From Alphaproteobacteria bacterium (lineage in GTDB: Bacteria; Pseudomonadota; Alphaproteobacteria; UBA828), in the NCBI GenBank assembly GCA_965220745.1, contig CBDCQT010000013.1:480001-544000 (forward strand): a DNA stretch of 64,000 nt, in the 5' to 3' direction. A program made the position numbers and the translations under genes. Below are positions 58,901-64,000 of this stretch, one piece after another; positions within the stretch are counted from its first letter, which is position 1; every line of letters begins with the position of its first letter. The notes under the pieces are model-generated. The model was not told the DNA's origin. It ran no database searches and was given only the letters and a program-made list of their open reading frames with translations.

Positions 58901-59033
58901 GAATATAGGGAGAGAGGAATCCGAGCGAGATCGGGCCGGTCGAAAGCCGCCATGCGGCCAGGCCGAAGAGGATGGCGAGCACACCGAACAGGGCGCCCAA
59001 TGCCTGGAGAGCGATTCGGGCCGTCGAGCTCAT
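55956..59033 (-). CDS. YhdP/AsmA-like (DUF3971) envelope protein
   Basis: N-terminal TM, long beta-rich body, C-terminal GTIVPAY..GEGLFA..VNPLS..P; divergent from glnE. Confidence 0.85.
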   Translation of the reverse strand: MSSTARIALQALGALFGVLAILFGLAAWRLSTGPISLGFLSPYIQEALEGEGLSYHFEFEDTVLVWPGWGEALEVHLTDLRIADASGTTLAAVPAASLGLSGAALLSGTIAPTSIELIGLSLALVRDADGRVRLAGSDETGMADDDAADSLVDDLLDPPREDHPMARLQRVSLRDASIVLVDETTDFTWTAPSADLTLNLDETAILGHLSAELQVRDLETHLEVELFHHRESKMGSAAIGFSGLNLVKLSFIAPELEEFTGFRVPLSGTIAIDVAPGGILGGTVFDIAGGEGEIALPEIFPAPVPVQRIVATGSIDGELSQLSLEKFEVDTDGPRFSLDGNLWQTDAGIGVRGRFQAHDMPFKSLGAYWPETFIPPGRRWIVENVSDGVISRFDAVLDIEPGDFENERFGVDSAAGSLAFENASIDYLRPMPPVTGVSGTGRFNGEALALTMSGGRIAGITASRGTAVLSEIHSAVPRMSVEIEADGPAADALDLLDHPRLALVSKVGLKPVGVGGAVHTLFALELPMLQAIEPEEVDVNAVARVRDARMANIAGMADMTEGALRLGVDNASMELRGTARLQGMPAAITWRENFGDDAPFARRLDVTTTLTPEAQAALGFDMAPYVQGTLALEGEYTDPGGDGTPRTTLHVDATEARLEISELHWAKPAAAPGTIQVLASVPPEGPVELTRVEVETETLYGLGRAMLARDAGGIREITIERLRHGATDIAGTIAIEDVITRIAIEGASLDARPYIEDLMGEDALHSGQLLLDLDVERVITADDRHLANLRARFETDSEGRHIGFMEGTLATGAPMSFSLEPQGSKRLITVRSRDAGAVARTFKIYDNAVGGDLVMEAVLHDDQPGAPVTGTVKIDDYRVINAPTLARLLTVATLTGILSELRGKGIRFSRFEMPFTLEENVLTIRGARTSGFSVGVNAEGTVDLESDRVDISGTIVPAYTFNTLIEAIPVLGELLTGGEGEGLFAANYRVGGTTAEPDISVNPLSVLAPTFLRKLFSSEKESEAE

Positions 59034-59122
59034 GTCGATGGTCGGGAGACGGCCGCCAGTGCGCCCCCTTGGCCCCCTTTGCCTCTTCCCCGTTGCGATC
59101 CTTGTAATACAATCGGCCCACG

Positions 59123-62098
59123 GTGTCGCGACTACCCTTCCTTACAGACGATGCGATGTGTCCCGAGCCAGCCTCGGGCGATCGCGCACGCGCGGGCCGT
59201 GACGAGTGGCTGGCGGCGGCAGTCTCGTTGGGCGACGACGATGGGTCTTTCGCGAGAGCCCTTGACGGCGATGGGCGAGCGCGGGCTTTCCTCGATGGCG
59301 TCTTCGGCAACGCCCCTGCGCTCGGTCGAGCGTTGGTCCGCGAACCGGCTCAGCTTCGCCTGGTGGCCGAGCAAGGCCCCAATGTTGCGTTCGCGAGCGC
59401 GCTTGACGAGATATCGGACGCCGCCGGCCAGACCACCGACCGCCGCGCCCTCGCCCGCCGGCTTCGGGAGGCCAAGCGGCGCGCGACGCTCACCGCAGCG
59501 CTCGCCGAGCTCGCCGGCGCCTGGCCGCTGGATCGAGTCGCCGTGGCCCTCACCCGGCTTGCCGATGCCGTGCTCGCCAGCGCGCTCGACCATCTGCTCC
59601 GGGAGGCGTTCGCACGCGGCACCCTCGCACGCCTCGACCGGGACGAGCCGGGGGCGTCGGGGCTCACCGTGTTCGGCGTGGGCGGGCTCGGCGCAGGCGA
59701 GCTCACCTATTCCAGCGCGCTCGACCTGCTCGTGCTGTTCGACCCCGAGCGCGTGCGCCACCGGGGACGGGGCGAGGCTGCGGAGACCCTGCACCGCCTC
59801 GTGCGCGATCTCGCCGCCCTGCTCGGTGAGCGCACCGACGATGGCTGCGTCTATCGCACGGATCTCAAGTTCAGGCCCAACACGGGCTCCACGCCGCTCG
59901 CGCTCTCGACGGCGGCGGCGGAGCAGTACTACGAGAGCCACGGGCAGAACTGGGAACGCGCCGCCATGATCAAGGCGCGGCCGGCCGCCGGCGACATGGC
60001 GGTCGGCGCCGACATGATCGAGCGCCTGCGCCCCTTCATCTGGCGCAAGTATCTCGACCTCTCCGCCATCCAGGACATCCAGTCGATCAAGCGCCAGATC
60101 AACGCCGAGCCCGGCCTCCGGCAGCTGGAGGTCGCAGGCCACGACATCGAGCGCGGCCGGGGCGGCATCCGCCAGATCGAGCTCTACGCGCAGACGCAGC
60201 AGCTCATCTGGGGCGGCCGCGACGATTCGCTCCGCTCGCGCGCCACCTGCGACGCGCTCAGGGCGCTCGCCGCCGCCGAGCGCACGAGCGGGGTGGCGGT
60301 GAACGCGCTGATCGACTCGTACCGCTTCCTCCGTCGTCTCGAGCACCGCATCGAAATGATCGACGACGAGCCGGACCTGCGCATTCCCGACGACGCCGAC
60401 GCCCGCGCCGCGCTCGCCCGCCTCATAGGCTTCGCCGACGAAGCGGGTATCGCCGATGCGCTGCAGAGCCACGTCCGCACCGTCGAGCAGCACTACGCCG
60501 CGCTCTTCGAGGACGAGCCGGACCTCGGCGACGACGGCGGCAACCTCGTGTTCACGGGCACCGACGACGACCCCGACACCCTCGCGAGCCTGGAGCGGAT
60601 GGGCTTCGGCGACGCCTCGGGCGTCTCGGCGACCGTGCGCCGCTGGCATCACGGCCGCATCCAGGCGACCCGCAGCACGCGCGCGCGGGAGCTCTTGACC
60701 GAGCTCATGCCGGCCCTCCTCCGCGCGCTCTCCCACACCGCCGATCCCGACTCCGCCTTCCGCAAGCTCGACGAGTTCCTCGCCGGGCTGCCGTCGGGGG
60801 TGCAGCCCTTCCTGCTGCTGCACGACAATCCCGGCCTGCTCGCCCAGCTGGCCGAGATCCTGGGCAGCGCGCCCCGCATCGCCGAGCACCTGAGCCGCAG
60901 TCCCGGCCTGCTGGAAGGCCTCATCAGCGGCGACCTGCACCAGCGCCTGCCGAACCGCGACGAGCTGCTAGACGACCTCGCGCGCACGCTCGCACCCGCC
61001 GGCGACTACGACGACGTGCTCGACGGCGTGAGGCGCTGGCAGCACGAGCGCGAGTTCCAGGTGGGCATGCAGATCCTGCGGGGCGACGTGGCGGTGGACC
61101 AGCTCTCCGGCGCGCTCTCGGATATCGCCGACACGGTGATCGAGACCCTGCTGCCGCGCGTGCAACAGGATTTCGCCCGCCGTCACGGTTCGGTGCCGGG
61201 CGCGTCCTTCGCCGTGCTCGGCATGGGCAAGCACGGCAGCCGGGAGCTCACCTTCGACAGCGACCTCGACGTGGTCTTCCTCTACGGCGTGCCGGACGAA
61301 GCGAACCTGGAGTCGGACGGCCCCCAGGGCCTCGCGCCGAGCCACTACTACGCCCGCTTCACCAAGCGCCTGTCGAACGCGGTGAGCGCGCTCACCGCCG
61401 AAGGCCGCCTCTACGAAATCGACACGCGGCTCCGGCCGTCCGGCACCTCAGGCCCGATTGCGACCGAGGCCGCCGCCTTCCGCCGCTACCACGAGCAGGA
61501 CGCCTGGACCTGGGAGCACATGGCGCTCACCCGCGCGCGCCCGGTCGCAGGCGATCCGGACCTCTCTGCGGCGGTGATGGCGGACATCCGCACGGTCCTC
61601 TGCGCCCCGCGCGATGCCGACGCGCTGCTGGCCGACGTCGCGGCCATGCGCGAGCGCATCGACGGCGAGCGCCACACCGAGAACCGCTGGCGCCTCAAGC
61701 ACGTGCGGGGCGGGCTGCTCGACCTCGAATTCATCGCCCAGTACCACCTGCTGCGCCACGCCGCGCGCCACCCCTCGATCCTGGTTCAATCGACCCAGTC
61801 GATGTACCGCGGGCTGGGTGAAGCCGGCGTCCTCGCCTCCGACGACGCCACCGAGCTTGCCGAGATGCTGGCCTTTCTCCAGCGCCTCCAGGGCCTGCTC
61901 CGGCTCACCGTCGGCACCAACCGCGAGGTCGAGCGCTTCACCCCCGGCGTGCGCGAGACCCTGGCGCGGGCCATGGGGGTCGAGGATTTCGCTGCCCTTG
62001 AGGGAAGGATCGTCGCCATTCAGGATCGCGTCTGCGCCGCCTATCATCGCCTGGTCGCGGCGCCTGCAGCAGCGCTCGACCGCGAGACCACAGAATGA
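59123..62098 (+). CDS. glnE: Glutamine synthetase adenylyltransferase/adenylyl-removing enzyme
   Basis: Two nucleotidyltransferase halves: GQNWERAA, and GMGKHGSRELTFDSDLD, DTRLRPSG, WEHMAL. Confidence 0.93.
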   Translation: MSRLPFLTDDAMCPEPASGDRARAGRDEWLAAAVSLGDDDGSFARALDGDGRARAFLDGVFGNAPALGRALVREPAQLRLVAEQGPNVAFASALDEISDAAGQTTDRRALARRLREAKRRATLTAALAELAGAWPLDRVAVALTRLADAVLASALDHLLREAFARGTLARLDRDEPGASGLTVFGVGGLGAGELTYSSALDLLVLFDPERVRHRGRGEAAETLHRLVRDLAALLGERTDDGCVYRTDLKFRPNTGSTPLALSTAAAEQYYESHGQNWERAAMIKARPAAGDMAVGADMIERLRPFIWRKYLDLSAIQDIQSIKRQINAEPGLRQLEVAGHDIERGRGGIRQIELYAQTQQLIWGGRDDSLRSRATCDALRALAAAERTSGVAVNALIDSYRFLRRLEHRIEMIDDEPDLRIPDDADARAALARLIGFADEAGIADALQSHVRTVEQHYAALFEDEPDLGDDGGNLVFTGTDDDPDTLASLERMGFGDASGVSATVRRWHHGRIQATRSTRARELLTELMPALLRALSHTADPDSAFRKLDEFLAGLPSGVQPFLLLHDNPGLLAQLAEILGSAPRIAEHLSRSPGLLEGLISGDLHQRLPNRDELLDDLARTLAPAGDYDDVLDGVRRWQHEREFQVGMQILRGDVAVDQLSGALSDIADTVIETLLPRVQQDFARRHGSVPGASFAVLGMGKHGSRELTFDSDLDVVFLYGVPDEANLESDGPQGLAPSHYYARFTKRLSNAVSALTAEGRLYEIDTRLRPSGTSGPIATEAAAFRRYHEQDAWTWEHMALTRARPVAGDPDLSAAVMADIRTVLCAPRDADALLADVAAMRERIDGERHTENRWRLKHVRGGLLDLEFIAQYHLLRHAARHPSILVQSTQSMYRGLGEAGVLASDDATELAEMLAFLQRLQGLLRLTVGTNREVERFTPGVRETLARAMGVEDFAALEGRIVAIQDRVCAAYHRLVAAPAAALDRETTE

Positions 62099-62111
62099 GA
62101 GGAGAACGACC

Positions 62112-62588
62112 ATGACCACGGCGATCGAAGCCGGCGCGCCTGCGCCGGGGTTCACGGCGCCCACCAACGACGGCGGCTCGCTGAGCCTTGACAGCCTGCG
62201 CGGCAAGGCGGTGGTGCTCTACTTCTACCCGCGCGACGACACGCCGGGTTGCACGCGGGAGGCGCAGGAGTTCACCGAGGCCCTGCCCGCGTTCGCGGCG
62301 GCCGGCGCCGAGATCGTCGGCGTCTCCAAGGACACCGCCGCCAAGCACGACAAGTTCCGGGAGAAGTACGGCCTCCCCTTCACCCTGGTCTCCGACGCAG
62401 ACAGCGACATCTGCGAGCGCTACGGCGTCTGGGTCGAGAAGAAGAACTACGGCAAGACCTACATGGGCATCGAGCGCGCGACCTTCCTCATCGACTCCGA
62501 CGGCACCGTCAGCAAGGTCTGGCGCAAGGTGAAGGTCCCCGGCCACGTCGATGCCGTGCTGGAGGCGGTCCAGGCGCTAGAGTGTTAG
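62112..62588 (+). CDS. bcp: Peroxiredoxin Bcp/PrxQ
   Basis: YFYPRDDTPGCT, GIERATFLID; AGGAG RBS. Confidence 0.95.
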   Translation: MTTAIEAGAPAPGFTAPTNDGGSLSLDSLRGKAVVLYFYPRDDTPGCTREAQEFTEALPAFAAAGAEIVGVSKDTAAKHDKFREKYGLPFTLVSDADSDICERYGVWVEKKNYGKTYMGIERATFLIDSDGTVSKVWRKVKVPGHVDAVLEAVQALEC

Positions 62589-62663
62589 ACTCGAACTTTA
62601 GAACAGATAACAGAATACGCGACCATAAATTCGGCACGTCAGTAGGCGCGCGCGCTTAGACGG

Positions 62664-63269
62664 ATGCGCATTAGGCCAACGCACTTTGCCTTCGCATCCT
62701 CGCTCTTATTCAACATTCTTGGCATTCCCGGTCTCATCGAGGATGCCAAGACATGGAAGGCGTGGTTAGGAATCAGCGTCCCTGATTGGGACTGGGTAAA
62801 TTATCTGCTTGTTGCACTGGGTGGGTTAGCTTTTGCTTATGCTGCATACCCCATTGTCGTCAAATTGATCAAACAACAAATCCGCAATGATTTCAGCGAT
62901 TTTGATATTCCTATACGAGATGCTATCGACCATCTCAATCATACAACACCGCATTCCTTTACTAGGTCTTCATTAGCCGAGCGGAGTGCATTCCACGCGC
63001 TCCATGAAGCTATGCGCACTGGCAAATTGCCCGTAATCGGAGCAAAAGGTGAGCACGGCTTTCTCAAACGCATTAGCGCGCGTCGATGCAAGAAGCTTTA
63101 TCCAATAGAAGTGGTTACGCCGCATGGGATGCGATTTCATCTTGTTGATAAGGAAACAAGGGACAAACCACCTGAACCACTGATTGAGCATAGTGATCCG
63201 CTGGGTTTTAGTGGGCTGCGCGTTCGCAGCAATGATTTGTACAAGCTATGGCCGAAAAACCAACCGTGA
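62664..63269 (+). CDS. Orphan membrane protein in a low-GC islet
   Basis: Two N-terminal hydrophobic segments plus a soluble C-terminal region; AT-rich codons unlike the flanks. Confidence 0.7.
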   Translation: MRIRPTHFAFASSLLFNILGIPGLIEDAKTWKAWLGISVPDWDWVNYLLVALGGLAFAYAAYPIVVKLIKQQIRNDFSDFDIPIRDAIDHLNHTTPHSFTRSSLAERSAFHALHEAMRTGKLPVIGAKGEHGFLKRISARRCKKLYPIEVVTPHGMRFHLVDKETRDKPPEPLIEHSDPLGFSGLRVRSNDLYKLWPKNQP

Positions 63270-63277
63270 AATGTCTG

Positions 63278-63394
63278 ATGACTCGGGAAGAACAGAGCAC
63301 GAAACTCGAAAATCTATCTCGCGAACGCGCTACCGTGAGGCAGCGCTTCGGTACGCTTGCACTAAACCACAGACTTAATCTTCAAGCGCTCTAA
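63278..63394 (+). CDS. 38-aa ORF or gene remnant
   Basis: MTREEQSTKLENLSRERATVRQRFGTLALNHRLNLQAL*, 8 nt after the orphan stop. Confidence 0.25.
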   Translation: MTREEQSTKLENLSRERATVRQRFGTLALNHRLNLQAL

Positions 63395-63409
63395 TGAGCA
63401 ACGGGGAGT

Positions 63410-63652
63410 CTATCCCCCCTTAAAGGGACGGAACAGGCTGATCGTGTCGTTGGCCGAGAGCGCCGTCTCGGGCCATTGATCGCGGGGCACGGCCTCGCCG
63501 TTCACCATGGCGAGGATGGCGGGGTCGCCGTCCACGCCGAGGCCGGAGAGCGCGTCCGCGACGTTGGTCCCCGCCTCCAGGTCGAGGTCGCGGCTCTTGT
63601 CGCTGCCGAACTGAGGGAGCTCGATGGCGATGAGCTCCACTGTCACGCGCAT
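63410..63652 (-). CDS. MoaD/ThiS ubiquitin-like sulfur carrier
   Basis: 80 aa, VNGE, C-terminal GG. Confidence 0.85.
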   Translation of the reverse strand: MRVTVELIAIELPQFGSDKSRDLDLEAGTNVADALSGLGVDGDPAILAMVNGEAVPRDQWPETALSANDTISLFRPFKGG

Positions 63653-63864
63653 GTCTCACCGGCTCCCACACTGCCACCGCAGAGTCGCTCACATAGCACA
63701 TAACATCCTGTGCACCACAATCGACCCCACCGTCCTGCTCGGGTAAAAGCCCGAGGGCGCCTCGCACGAGCCCACGGCGGAGACGATCGAGGCCGGGGGC
63801 GAACTGGGTCATCGTCATCCCGACGCGCCGGTCGCGTCGGACGCAATAACGAAAGGAGGACACA

Positions 63865-64000
63865 ATGGCGAAGGGTTACTGGGTGAGTTGCTACCGGGAG
63901 ATCAAGGATCCCGACGCGCTGGCGGAATACGCCAAGTTGGCAGGGCCTGCAATCATCGCCGGCGGCGGCACGTTCCTGGCGCGCGGCGGCAAGGTCCAGG
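63865..64000 (+). CDS. DUF1330 family protein (runs off the right edge)
   Basis: AAGGAGG RBS; MAKGYWVSCYREIKDPDALAEYAKLAGPAIIAGGGTFLARGG. Confidence 0.85.
   Translation, partial: MAKGYWVSCYREIKDPDALAEYAKLAGPAIIAGGGTFLARGGKVQ

Noticed and set aside
62112-62588. Bcp lacking the CxxxxC resolving cysteine
   Set aside because: A later Cys (DICERYG) fits the known alpha3-type PrxQ subgroup.
63275-63305. Hammerhead-like CTGATGA...GAAAC
   Set aside because: Stem II would need a closing pair next to the core, but the bases are C and C; no convincing stems I/III.

Overview
High-GC (~68-70%) alphaproteobacterial chromosome segment, Rhodospirillales-like by gene order (inference). It appears to contain the replication terminus: a 28-bp dif site at 42538-42565, with KOPS (GGGNAGGG) polarity flipping across it. 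Core blocks are tRNA-Leu x2, gpsA, tsaD, hemC-hemD-mic60-hemY-tRNA-Thr; ntrY-ntrX-trkA-dat-HAD-hfq-hflX; mazG-MBL-tatD-metG-holB-tmk-dacA-rlpA-mltB; and yhdP-glnE-bcp. Accessory material includes a ~19 kb block after tRNA-Thr (trehalose genes, two acid-sugar-type enzymes, a putative N-heterocycle catabolic operon with an FHMPC-dehydrogenase homolog, cupin dioxygenase, His-rich beta-propeller and hydantoinase A/B, and an amidase with a small partner). An insert between hflX and mazG carries a CIRCE-controlled divergent groESL and a 65-aa GIY-YIG-like microgene embedded in structured RNA. A low-GC orphan islet lies near the right end. No CRISPR array, rRNA, integrase or transposase was seen. All calls are by manual reading; no searches were run.
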